Of a stretch of DNA of 62,424 nt, positions 1 to 13,162 are shown piece by piece. The stretch covers positions 1-62,424 of the forward strand of contig BJFV01000001.1 of NCBI GenBank assembly GCA_014190055.1. Reading direction: 5' to 3'. The stretch is from Actinomycetes bacterium (GTDB lineage Bacteria > Actinomycetota > Acidimicrobiia > Acidimicrobiales > Ilumatobacteraceae). The notes beneath the pieces were generated by a model. It ran no database searches and was not told the origin of the DNA. It saw only the letters and a program-made list of their open reading frames with translations. Made by a program: the position numbers and the translations under genes. Each line of letters begins with the position of its first letter. The stretch's first letter is position 1.

Positions 1-483
1 TCTGCGCTGCGCATCTGTGCGCGTGTCCGGGCCGTCATCGCGACGCGGGCGAGCTGGACGATCACGGTCAAAGCTTCTCGCCGGACGACGCTCACCATCA
101 TCACGACGCGGGCGATCACGATCATCGCGGCGCGGACCACGCGGCGCACGATCACGATCAAACGGCCTCGCTGGTCGACGCTCACCATCATCGCGGCGTG
201 GACGATCACGATCATCACGGCGCGGACCACGCGGCGCACGATCACGATCAAATGGTCTCGCTGGTCGACGCTCACGATCGCCATCACGAGGCGCACGAGC
301 CGGACGATCACGATCAAAACTTCTCGCCGGACGACGCTCACCATCATCACGGCGCGGGCGATCACGATCATCGCGGCGCGGACGATCACGATCAAACGGT
401 CTCGCTGGACGACGCTCTCGATCGCCATCACGAGGCGCACGAGCAGGACGATCACGATCAAAACTTCTCGCCGGACGATCTGA
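1..483. repeat. Imperfect in-frame tandem repeat (units of 66-90 bp) within a coding region
   Basis: The marker TCAAA recurs at 68, 158, 248, 314, 392 and 458. The spacings are 90, 90, 66, 78 and 66 bp, all multiples of 3. The block TTCTCGCCGGACGA recurs at 75, 321 and 465. The region is visibly more GC-rich than the rest of the window. All three plus frames and at least one minus frame are open. Confidence 0.85.
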
Positions 484-636
484 ACTATCGCGGCGTGGAC
501 GATCTCGACGATCTCCAGCACCAGCAGGGCGTGGCGGACGACTTCCCTTTACAAAAGGCCTTGCCGGACGGCCAGTTCGCTCGCCGCGATCTCTGCGAGG
601 ACGACGCTCAGAATCGGGGTTTTCGTCGCGTGGCAT
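1..636 (-). CDS. Arg/Asp/Pro-rich low-complexity protein, N-terminal part (partial, runs off the left edge); strand assignment tentative
   Basis: The minus frame is open from ATG 636..634, the first start after in-frame TAG 651..649, to the window edge. It translates as MPRDENPDSERRPRRDRGERTGRPARPF...SFDRDRPARAPRDGDRERRPARPFDRDRPRRDD.... The R/D/P bias persists in the non-repeated part (484..636). The ORF is co-directional with the monooxygenase and starts 52 nt after its stop. A competing plus-strand frame (3..677, His/Asp-rich, TGA at 675..677) is also open. Confidence 0.45.
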   Translation of the reverse strand, partial: MPRDENPDSERRPRRDRGERTGRPARPFVKGSRPPRPAGAGDRRDRPRRDSSDRPARSFDRDRPARAPRDGDRERRPARPFDRDRPRRDDRDRPRRDDGERRPARSFDRDRPARAPRDGDRERRPARPFDRDRAPRGPRRDDRDRPRRDDGERRPARPFDRDRAPRGPRRDDRDRPRRDDGERRPARSFDRDRPARPRRDDGPDTRTDAQRR

Positions 637-688
637 GGCATATTGACGCTATCGCCAAAACAACCAATAAAGACTGATGCTGCGAGAT

Positions 689-2158
689 CTAATTCGTGAA
701 GAGCATTACTCCGTCTTCGAGTGGTGACTTGCGAAACATCTTCTTATCTGCTTCATAGTTCTGCGGATTAAGCCACGGTTCAAAGTTGCCTTGCTTGGGC
801 ATCTTGTGCATGGTTCTTTTCATGTAGCCAGACGAAAAATCTTCGAGCCACTTTCGAGGCTCCATATTCTTGTCAGTTTCGCGCAACGTTGGCGTACAGA
901 CAGACGTCTTGGTCTTTCGCATGTGATTTAGCAGTCGACAGACATACTCGCAAGTCAAGTCGGCACGCAATGTCCACGAAGCGTTGATATAACCAAACGA
1001 AGATGCCAAGTTTGGCACTCCCGAATAAGCGCAACCTTTATAGGTCCACGTATCTGCGAAATTAACAAGCTGTGAATCGATCACGAATTCCATTTCGCCG
1101 AGCGTCACAAGTTCGATGCCCGTCGCAGTAACAATGATGTCGGCATCGAGATGACTACCCGACTCGAGTTCAATGCCAGTCGCGGTAAAAGTTTTGATGG
1201 TGTCTGTTGCAACTTCGGCTTTGCCCGATCTAATCGCGACGAACAAATCGCTATCGGGCACCAAACAAATTCGCTGGTCCCACGGGTTATAGACAGGAGT
1301 GAAGTGTTTTTCAACGTCGTAATCGGGCCCGAGTTCTGCGCGAACGGCATCAATCATCACTTGCTTTACTTCAGCCGGAAACGCGCGACAAAGTTTGTAC
1401 AACTCTTGCTGCCTTGTTGTGTTCTCGATTCTTGTCAAGGCATACGCAATGCGCTTCGGATATAAACGGCGCATTCGTTTAGCAAATGGATCAACCGACG
1501 GTCGTGAAATTACAAATGTCGGCGAGCGCTGCAACATCGTGATCTTGGCGACATCTTTAGCCATTGCGGGCACAATCGTCATTGCAGTTGCACCAGAGCC
1601 AATAACTACGACTCGCTTGTTGCGATAGTCAAGATCTTGTGGCCAAAATTGCGGATGCACCACTGTGCCTTTGAAGTTTTGAATGCCCTCAAACTCTGGC
1701 GTGAAGCCTTGCTTATAGCTGTAGTAACCCGAACACATGAACAAAAAATTGCACGAAAACGAGTTCACAGTGTTTGAGATTTTGTCAAGCACCGAAAGCG
1801 TCCACGTTTTGCTCAGTGATGACCACTCTGCTTTTGTGACGTGATGGTTGTAGCGAATCTTTTCATCCAAATTGTTTTCAGCAATCGTCTCACGTAGATA
1901 ATCAAGAATCGCTGGGCCATCAGCAATCGACTTGTCTGCAGTCCACGGTTTGAATCTGTAGCCAAGAGTGTGCATGTCGCTGTCTGAGCGCACACCTGGG
2001 TAGCGAAACAGATCCCATGTGCCACCAAAATTCGCACGCCCTTCAAGAATTTGAAAGGTTCGATCTGGGCTCATCGTCTTCAAGTGATACGCAGCACCAA
2101 TACCCGAGATACCGGCACCAACGATGATCACATCGAAATGATTTTGGGCTGAGTTCAC
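689..2158 (-). CDS. FAD-dependent Baeyer-Villiger-type monooxygenase (EthA-like)
   Basis: 489-aa ORF with an N-terminal Rossmann motif (VIIVGAGISGIGAA). It carries the BVMO fingerprint FxGxxxHxxxWP (FKGTVVHPQFWP) and a second dinucleotide motif (VVVIGSGATA). Length and sequence resemble M. tuberculosis EthA as I recall it; this was not searched. Confidence 0.88.
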   Translation of the reverse strand: MNSAQNHFDVIIVGAGISGIGAAYHLKTMSPDRTFQILEGRANFGGTWDLFRYPGVRSDSDMHTLGYRFKPWTADKSIADGPAILDYLRETIAENNLDEKIRYNHHVTKAEWSSLSKTWTLSVLDKISNTVNSFSCNFLFMCSGYYSYKQGFTPEFEGIQNFKGTVVHPQFWPQDLDYRNKRVVVIGSGATAMTIVPAMAKDVAKITMLQRSPTFVISRPSVDPFAKRMRRLYPKRIAYALTRIENTTRQQELYKLCRAFPAEVKQVMIDAVRAELGPDYDVEKHFTPVYNPWDQRICLVPDSDLFVAIRSGKAEVATDTIKTFTATGIELESGSHLDADIIVTATGIELVTLGEMEFVIDSQLVNFADTWTYKGCAYSGVPNLASSFGYINASWTLRADLTCEYVCRLLNHMRKTKTSVCTPTLRETDKNMEPRKWLEDFSSGYMKRTMHKMPKQGNFEPWLNPQNYEADKKMFRKSPLEDGVMLFTN

Positions 2159-2227
2159 ATCAACACGCTAGTGATTCGTCAAGATTCGGTTGGCGCTGAA
2201 GTTCGTTCGAACTTGTGCCGGAAATGC

Positions 2228-2257
2228 AAATAGCCCCGCCTTTCGGCAGGGCTATTT
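2228..2257 (-). terminator. Intrinsic-terminator-like hairpin downstream of 5S rRNA
   Basis: The minus-sense RNA is AAAUAGCCCUGCC-GAAA-GGCGGGGCUAUUU, a 13-bp stem with one G.U pair and a GNRA loop. A U-rich tract (UAUUUGCAUUU) follows. It starts about 17 nt after the 5S 3' end. Confidence 0.6.
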
Positions 2258-2273
2258 GTTTATTCAAAATTAA

Positions 2274-2390
2274 TCTGGCGACGACCTACTCTCCCAGGAG
2301 GTCTACCTCCAAGTACCATCGGCGCGGACGGGCTTAACTGCCGTGTTCGAAATGGGAACGGGTGTGACCCCGTCGCTATGGTCACCAGAA
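2274..2390 (-). rRNA. rrf: 5S rRNA
   Basis: The reverse complement reads TTCTGGTGACCATAGCGACGGGGTCACACCCGTTCCCATTTCGAACACGGCAGTTAAGCCCG...GGGAGAGTAGGTCGTCGCCAGA. This is the canonical 5S sequence and length (about 117 nt). Confidence 0.95.
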
Positions 2391-2423
2391 ATTTGTAGTC
2401 GCATAGGGATCACCCCTAAGGAC

Positions 2424-2442
2424 TTCAGAGCAAGCACGAGCA
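2424..2442 (-). other. 3'-flank arm of the 23S rRNA processing stem
   Basis: TTCAGAGCAAGCACGAGCA (2424..2442) is perfectly complementary over 19 bp to 5538..5556, so the two arms bracket the 23S gene. This is the classical geometry of an RNase III processing helix. Confidence 0.8.
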
Positions 2443-2444
2443 AA

Positions 2445-7323
<4,879 letters not shown>

Positions 7324-7686
7324 GAAATGCTTGAACCGAAGTTCAAGTAGATCTAGGAAAGTCCACGACGACCAGATGGAAAAAAATCTGTTTTGTTGTC
7401 GTCGTTTCCTGCCGACAATATTCAAACCGAATCGAATATTGCCGGTATTAATAATTATTTGATCAACGATTCACGAGCAAGCTCGCTTCACAATTGATCG
7501 GAATTGACGGACAATAAATAGCGACCCAACCCAATTAAGGGCGGGCCGTTTTCTATTGACCGCACTGGCGTTCAATCTTCTCTTCCGTTTTCAAGGAGCA
7601 TTCACTTTGGGCACCCAGCAAGCGAACTTGCTAGTCATGCCCCACCGCGAATTGGTGGCGCACCCCTGATCAGAGTGCGGGGAGCA

Positions 7687-7716
7687 ATACTAGCCATCAA
7701 CTCCTTGATTTATCAA
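7687..7716 (-). promoter_or_regulatory. Candidate rRNA operon promoter
   Basis: Minus sense has TTGATA (7716..7711), an 18-nt spacer, then TAGTAT (7692..7687). This would give a leader of about 360 nt before 16S. It is the only reasonable -35/-10 pair I found by eye in the 523-bp divergent region. Confidence 0.35.
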
Positions 7717-7846
7717 CCTTCGGACCAAACAAACCAAAGAAAATGCCTTGATTTAAGGGGCTTTTTTAGGTTCAGATTCTGCTGGTCTTTGCCCTGCCGT
7801 GTTTCTCAATACTGGCAAGGGTTTGGTCGAAAACTAAGGTTCATGT

Positions 7847-9052
7847 GTGGCAGAAGTTTCGTTCAATCCGTTTGATCCGGAATTTCGCAAAAATCCTTAC
7901 CCATTTTACGACAAGTTGCGCGAACTCGACCCTGTTCATCTCACGCCGTTAGGTTTCGTCGTGTTAACACGCTACGACGATGTCGTCAATACGTTACGTA
8001 ACAACGATTTCAGTCGCGATATTGAACTGAACGCAAACCTTCCTGAGACACCAACGCGAAAATTCAGACGCGAAAATGAGCGCAGCAAATCGATGCTCAA
8101 TCTCGACCCGCCAGATCACACTCGCCTGCGACGATTGGTTTCGAAGTCTTTCACCCCGAGCGCAATTGAAAAATTGCGACCGAGAATTCAACAACTCGTC
8201 GACGACTCACTTGCCAATGCCAAGAAAACTGGAAGTCTCGAACTCGTCGAAGAGTTGGCGTTTCCTGTGCCATTTCAAGTGATCTCAGACTTGCTGGCGA
8301 TGCCAACTGACCGCGGCGAAGAACTGCGCGAATGGTCACAGATAATCACAGCAACTCTTGAGCCAACCACTGGCGTTGAAGACCTCGAAAAAGGTCAAAT
8401 CGCAATCAGCAAAATGCGGCCATATCTCGAAGAAGTCATCAGCCATCGTCGAAAAAATATGGGCGACGACATGCTCTCATCTTTGATCAGCGTCGAAGAG
8501 CAGGGCGAAAAACTAAACAACGAAGAACTGATGTCGTTTGTCATCTTGCTTTACATCGCCGGCCACGAAACGACCGTCAACTTGATCGGCAACTCGATGC
8601 ATGCGCTACTCACCCACCCAGAACAACTCGCGGTGATGCGTGAAACTGGCTGCACACCAAATATGGTCGACGAATTGTTGCGCTTTAACGGCCCGGTACA
8701 ACACACAATTCGAACGCCATTAGTCGATTCTGTGATTCGAGTTGGTCAAGACGACATCAAAATCTCTAAAGGCTCGTTAGTTCTTGCGAGTCTTGGCGCC
8801 AGCAATCACGACCCAAGTGTTTTTACTAACCCACACCAACTTGACTTTTCACGAAAAAATTCAAATAAGCATTTGGCATTTGCCGCTGGTGTGCATTATT
8901 GCCTTGGCGCCTCATTAGCGAAACTTGAAACAGAGGTCGCACTTGGAACACTCGTCAAGACTTTTAAAAATATCGAAGTCGTAAGCCAGCCTGAATGGCG
9001 AGACCGTTTGACAATTCGCGGCGTCAGTAAATACGAACTTAGCGTCAGCTAA
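7847..9052 (+). CDS. Cytochrome P450
   Basis: 401-aa ORF with a heme-thiolate loop FAAGVHYCLGASLA (FxxGxHxCxG). It also has the I-helix AGHETT and the K-helix ExxR (ELLRF). The GTG start has AAGG 7 nt upstream. No ferredoxin or reductase partner is adjacent. Confidence 0.92.
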   Translation: MAEVSFNPFDPEFRKNPYPFYDKLRELDPVHLTPLGFVVLTRYDDVVNTLRNNDFSRDIELNANLPETPTRKFRRENERSKSMLNLDPPDHTRLRRLVSKSFTPSAIEKLRPRIQQLVDDSLANAKKTGSLELVEELAFPVPFQVISDLLAMPTDRGEELREWSQIITATLEPTTGVEDLEKGQIAISKMRPYLEEVISHRRKNMGDDMLSSLISVEEQGEKLNNEELMSFVILLYIAGHETTVNLIGNSMHALLTHPEQLAVMRETGCTPNMVDELLRFNGPVQHTIRTPLVDSVIRVGQDDIKISKGSLVLASLGASNHDPSVFTNPHQLDFSRKNSNKHLAFAAGVHYCLGASLAKLETEVALGTLVKTFKNIEVVSQPEWRDRLTIRGVSKYELSVS

Positions 9053-9080
9053 TTTTTACGCGTCCCCGCGTTAAACAGAA

Positions 9081-10358
9081 TCAGCCTTTGACGTCTACGA
9101 GGTGATAACTCGTTTTACCTTTGCGCAGCAACATCCATCGATTGTGCAGCAAGGCGATTTTTGACAAATTCGTTTGGTCATCAACTTGCTCACCATTTGC
9201 TCGCACACTGCGTTGGGTCAGCAACCGTCGCGCTTCACTGTTAGAAGACGCAAGTTTGGTTTCAACCAACACTGCAACGGCATCGCCAAGGGCGGCCACG
9301 CCCATTTGCGTGACGGCAACTTCGCTGGCAATCAAGTGCAATGTTGCCGGTGTCGCCGACATTGGATTCGCGCCAAACAAAACAGCTGCAGCCTCTTCGG
9401 CTGCCTCTGCTGCATCTTCGCCGTGAACCAATGCAGTCAATTCGCGAGCCAAACTTCGTTGTCCGATTCGTGCTTCAGGGCTGCGTTTTTGCTCGGCGAC
9501 GATTTCTTTGATCACTTCAATCGGATGCAATGAAAACTGCAGCAGCATTTTCTCGATATCGGCGTCGGCAATTTGCACAAAATACTGACGAAACTGATAC
9601 GGCGAAGTGCGACGAGCATCAAGCCAAATTGCGCCGTCAGCAGTTTTGCCAAATTTTGTGCCGTCTGCTCTAGTTACAAGTGGCCACGTCAAACCAAACG
9701 CTGAACGACCGAGTTTTTTGCGAATTAAATCGATTCCTGCAGTGATGTTTCCCCATTGGTCAGACCCACCCATCTGCATTTCGCAGTCATGATGCTCGGC
9801 AAGATGACGGAAGTCATTTGCTTGCAACAGCATGTAACTGAACTCTGTATACGAAAGGCCATTTGCGTCTGCGATGCGACTCTTTACCGAGTCTTTGGCC
9901 AACATCTGGTTCACGGTTATGTGTTTGCCAACTTCGCGCAAAAAGTCGAGCATCGAAAACTTTCGTGTCCAGTCTGCGTTGTCAACCAAAGTTGCCTGTG
10001 TCGGGCCTTTTTCGAAATCAAGAATTCGTTCAAGCTGGCGCTTGATCGACTGAACATTGTGGTGCAGAGTTTCAGCGTCAAGCAGATTGCGTTCTTCGCT
10101 GCGACCAGAAGGGTCGCCCACCATGCCGGTTGCACCGCCTGCGAGGGTAAACGGACGATGACCGAGAAGCTGCAATCTTCGCAGCGTTATTTGTCCCAAC
10201 AAATGACCGATGTGCAATGAGTCGGCAGTTGGGTCGAAGCCAACATAAACACCCAAAGACGATTGAGTCGCTCGAGCCGTTAAGGCGGCTCGGTCAGTGC
10301 TGTCGTGAATTAAACCACGAGCACCAAACTCTTTGACAAAATCTTGGGCGGCTACCAC
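9081..10358 (-). CDS. tyrS: Tyrosine--tRNA ligase
   Basis: 425 aa, with a HIGH motif (LHIGHL), a KMSKS-type motif (KFGKT) and a C-terminal S4-like domain. Confidence 0.95.
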   Translation of the reverse strand: MVAAQDFVKEFGARGLIHDSTDRAALTARATQSSLGVYVGFDPTADSLHIGHLLGQITLRRLQLLGHRPFTLAGGATGMVGDPSGRSEERNLLDAETLHHNVQSIKRQLERILDFEKGPTQATLVDNADWTRKFSMLDFLREVGKHITVNQMLAKDSVKSRIADANGLSYTEFSYMLLQANDFRHLAEHHDCEMQMGGSDQWGNITAGIDLIRKKLGRSAFGLTWPLVTRADGTKFGKTADGAIWLDARRTSPYQFRQYFVQIADADIEKMLLQFSLHPIEVIKEIVAEQKRSPEARIGQRSLARELTALVHGEDAAEAAEEAAAVLFGANPMSATPATLHLIASEVAVTQMGVAALGDAVAVLVETKLASSNSEARRLLTQRSVRANGEQVDDQTNLSKIALLHNRWMLLRKGKTSYHLVDVKG

Positions 10359-10375
10359 ACTCGCAATAATAGGCG

Positions 10376-11791
10376 TTATTGCGAGTTGTTTAGTGCCGCA
10401 ATTCGTGTGCGCATCACTGTTAGTGCAGCACTGAGTTCGTCGCTTTGAACTGCACCGGGCACGGGGCCACTGCCACCTTTTGTTGTGCGTCGCGAAACAC
10501 CCACACCCGGGTTGAGCAAACTGACTGCGTCTGGTCCGAGTTTCTTGTCGACTGCAACCAACTGCGAGAGTTTTACCGAATCACGAATTGATTTGCTCAC
10601 GAGCGCACCGACGTGAGCGTGCGCTTCACGGAAAGGCATGCCTCGTGCAACGAGCCACTCGGCCAAATCTGTTGCACCCAACAACTCAGAATCGGCAGCA
10701 GACTTCATCGCCTCGGTGTTAAATCGCGCAGACGCGATCATGCCAGCCAGTGCCTGCAACGCGAGAGATACTTGGTTTACCGAATCGAACAATGGCTCTT
10801 TGTCTTCTTGCAAATCTCGGTTGTACGCAAGTGGCATTGCCTTGAGCGTGGCCAGCAGGCCGGTCAAGTTACCGATCAATCGCCCTGACTTGCCGCGTGC
10901 AAGTTCGGCAATGTCAGCATTCTTTTTTTGCGGCAACATCGACGACCCGGTTGCATAAGCATCATCTAGAACAGCAAAACCAAACTCTTGTGTTGTCCAC
11001 AACACCCACTCTTCACCAAGCCGAGAAAGATGCACACCGATGAGGGCAATATTGAACAATGCTTCAGCCACAAAGTCTCGATCTGAAACTGCGTCAAGCG
11101 AATTATTGAAACGTCGAGAAAAACCAAGTTCTCTTGCAACAAAGTCTGCGTCAAGTGGCAAGGATGAACCCGCCAGCGCACCAGCACCAAGCGGCGAAAC
11201 ATCTAGTCGCTCGATTGTTTGAGACAATCGATCTACATCGCGCATCAATGCCCACGCATGCGCAGCAAAATGGTGCGCCAGCAAAACTGGCTGGGCTCGT
11301 TGCATATGGGTATAACCAGGCAGGTAGTCACCGTCAGCACCCCAACCAGACTCAGTGGCTCGGGTCGACAAGACATCGCACAAATCAAGCGTCAATTTTG
11401 CAACATTCGCAAGCTCGCGCTTGCACCACAATCTGAGAGCCGTTGCGACCTGATCATTACGACTACGACCGGTGTGCAACTTTGCACCAGTGTCCCCCGC
11501 TAACTGAGTTACGCGACGCTCAATGGCAGTGTGAATGTCTTCGTCGCTGGCGACAAATTCAAATTTTCCACTCGACATCTCTGTAGCGACAGTGTTCAAC
11601 GCGAGAATGATTTCTTCACTCTCGGCAAGTGTGATCACACTTGCCTGAGCCAAACCACGAACATGAGCGATTGAACCAACGATGTCATCACGCCATAGTT
11701 GCTTGTCAAACGACAAACTCTCGGTGAACTTCAACAGAGATTCGGCAGGACTCGCTTCAAAGCGCCCGTGCCATAGTGGCTGATCAGTCAT
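10376..11791 (-). CDS. argH: Argininosuccinate lyase
   Basis: 471 aa, with the fumarate-lyase signature GSSMLPQKKN. It overlaps the argR stop by 8 nt. Confidence 0.95.
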   Translation of the reverse strand: MTDQPLWHGRFEASPAESLLKFTESLSFDKQLWRDDIVGSIAHVRGLAQASVITLAESEEIILALNTVATEMSSGKFEFVASDEDIHTAIERRVTQLAGDTGAKLHTGRSRNDQVATALRLWCKRELANVAKLTLDLCDVLSTRATESGWGADGDYLPGYTHMQRAQPVLLAHHFAAHAWALMRDVDRLSQTIERLDVSPLGAGALAGSSLPLDADFVARELGFSRRFNNSLDAVSDRDFVAEALFNIALIGVHLSRLGEEWVLWTTQEFGFAVLDDAYATGSSMLPQKKNADIAELARGKSGRLIGNLTGLLATLKAMPLAYNRDLQEDKEPLFDSVNQVSLALQALAGMIASARFNTEAMKSAADSELLGATDLAEWLVARGMPFREAHAHVGALVSKSIRDSVKLSQLVAVDKKLGPDAVSLLNPGVGVSRRTTKGGSGPVPGAVQSDELSAALTVMRTRIAALNNSQ

Positions 11792-12257
11792 TTTCGAGAC
11801 CCGCTAACTGTTTAATGTCTTTTGCAAGTCGTTTGGCTGAATAACTTGAATTAGCCACGCACAACATTGTGTCATCACCCGCAACAGTGCCAAGCAAACC
11901 TTGCAACCGAGATCGATCGAGTGCCGATGCCACGACGTGAGCACAGCCTGGTGGTGTTCGCACAACAACAATCGGCTCGTTGAATTGCACATCAGCAACC
12001 CACTCGGCGAGCACTCTTTTTAGTTGGTCAGGTGGCGAAAGTCGATCTGGCTCAAACTCTGGTATCGCATATGTTGTCTCGCCGCTAGCGGTGCGCACCT
12101 TGACAGCACCCAAATCTTCAAGATCTCGCGACACGGTCGCTTGTGTTGCTTTGATGCCCTTCTTTTTGAGAAGCTCACGCAATTTCGGTTGGCTCGTCAC
12201 GTTTTGCGAGCTGACGATCTTGGCAATTAGTTGTTGACGTTGAACTTTTGTACTCAT
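11784..12257 (-). CDS. argR: Arginine repressor
   Basis: 157 aa, with a winged-helix N-terminus (ATQATVSRDLEDLGAVKV) and a C-terminal oligomerisation domain (GTVAGDDTMLC). Confidence 0.9.
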   Translation of the reverse strand: MSTKVQRQQLIAKIVSSQNVTSQPKLRELLKKKGIKATQATVSRDLEDLGAVKVRTASGETTYAIPEFEPDRLSPPDQLKRVLAEWVADVQFNEPIVVVRTPPGCAHVVASALDRSRLQGLLGTVAGDDTMLCVANSSYSAKRLAKDIKQLAGLEND

Positions 12258-13162
12258 ATTGTGACCCCCATTAAATGTGCCAACACACCTCGTGCGGCAT
12301 GCATTCTGTTATGTGCTTGCGAAACAACACGACTCTGAGCACCGTCGATCACCTCAGCAGTCACCTCGATTTCTCGATGAGCAGGTAGACAGTGCATGAA
12401 AATTGCACTTTTATCTGCGACAGCCATGACACTGGCGTCAACTCTGAAGTTTGCGAAGTCGATCATCCGCTTCGCAGTTTCAGCCTCTTGACCCATTGAA
12501 ACAAAAACATCTGTGTGCACAGCGTGAGCACCAATCGCCGCGATTTGCGCTGACGAGTGTTGCTCGACTGAAGCAGCACCCAACTTCGAGATGCGATTTA
12601 GCTCACCATCGTCGGCGCCGTAGCCCTTTGGACACCCCAATCGAATGTGCATGCCCTCGAGTGCGCACGCCTCAACCAATGATCTGGCCACATTGTTGTA
12701 GTCGCCTATCCATGCGACTGTTTTTTGGTGCAGACCGCCGATCTCTTGGCGCATAGTCAGAACATCAGCAATTGCTTGCAACGGGTGCGACTGTTCGCTG
12801 AGCATATTTATGATCGGCACACTCGAAACTCTTGCCATACGTTGCAACACCGAATGCGCAAATACTCGGGCGGCAATCACATGGTGATAGCCGGCCATAA
12901 TTCGGGTTACATCTTCGACAGTTTCACGGTCGTCGAAACCAACTTCTTCGCCACGCGTGAAAATCGGATGCCCACCAAGTTGCACAACAGCCATCTCCAT
13001 GCTGTGTCGAGTGCGATTTGATGGCTTTTCAAAAATTAACGCCACTCCTTTGTCGGCAAGTGGTCGACCTAATTTCGAAATGTCGGCCTGAGCAAGCGTC
13101 AAGACTGCATTCAAGTCTCGTGCCGAAAGATCTGTTACATCTAAAAAGTGACGCACGCTCAT
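12254..13162 (-). CDS. argF: Ornithine carbamoyltransferase
   Basis: 302 aa, with HPLQ, SMG and HCLPAHREIE motifs. The carbamoyl-phosphate motif reads SNRTR rather than STRTR. Confidence 0.9.
   Translation of the reverse strand: MSVRHFLDVTDLSARDLNAVLTLAQADISKLGRPLADKGVALIFEKPSNRTRHSMEMAVVQLGGHPIFTRGEEVGFDDRETVEDVTRIMAGYHHVIAARVFAHSVLQRMARVSSVPIINMLSEQSHPLQAIADVLTMRQEIGGLHQKTVAWIGDYNNVARSLVEACALEGMHIRLGCPKGYGADDGELNRISKLGAASVEQHSSAQIAAIGAHAVHTDVFVSMGQEAETAKRMIDFANFRVDASVMAVADKSAIFMHCLPAHREIEVTAEVIDGAQSRVVSQAHNRMHAARGVLAHLMGVTI

Noticed and set aside
17-646. 209-aa plus-strand ORF encoding an Arg/Ser-rich polypeptide (RRGRSRSSRRG...).
   Set aside because: It is simply another stop-free frame of the tandem repeat. 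The composition is implausible for a bacterial protein and its C-terminus has no coherent non-repeat domain. The other two frames (minus R/D/P, plus D/H) are better candidates.
3-677. Plus-strand His/Asp-rich frame (..DDHDHHGADHAAHDHDQ..) as the real gene at the left edge.
   Set aside because: Not fully rejected, but ranked second. The His enrichment disappears outside the exact DNA repeats. It would also be the only convergent gene in this neighbourhood, ending 12 nt from the monooxygenase stop. It is kept as the alternative in finding 1.
7744-7770. Weak hairpin GCCTT..AAGGGGC followed by CTTTTTT on the plus strand, upstream of the P450 gene (terminator-like).
   Set aside because: The stem is only 4-5 bp with a bulge, and there is no upstream plus-strand gene to terminate. 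It is probably a chance T-run.
9053-9080. Short hairpin ACGCG-TCCC-CGCGT between the convergent P450 and tyrS stops (possible bidirectional terminator).
   Set aside because: The stem is only 5 bp and the T-run precedes the stem instead of following it. That is insufficient to call a terminator.
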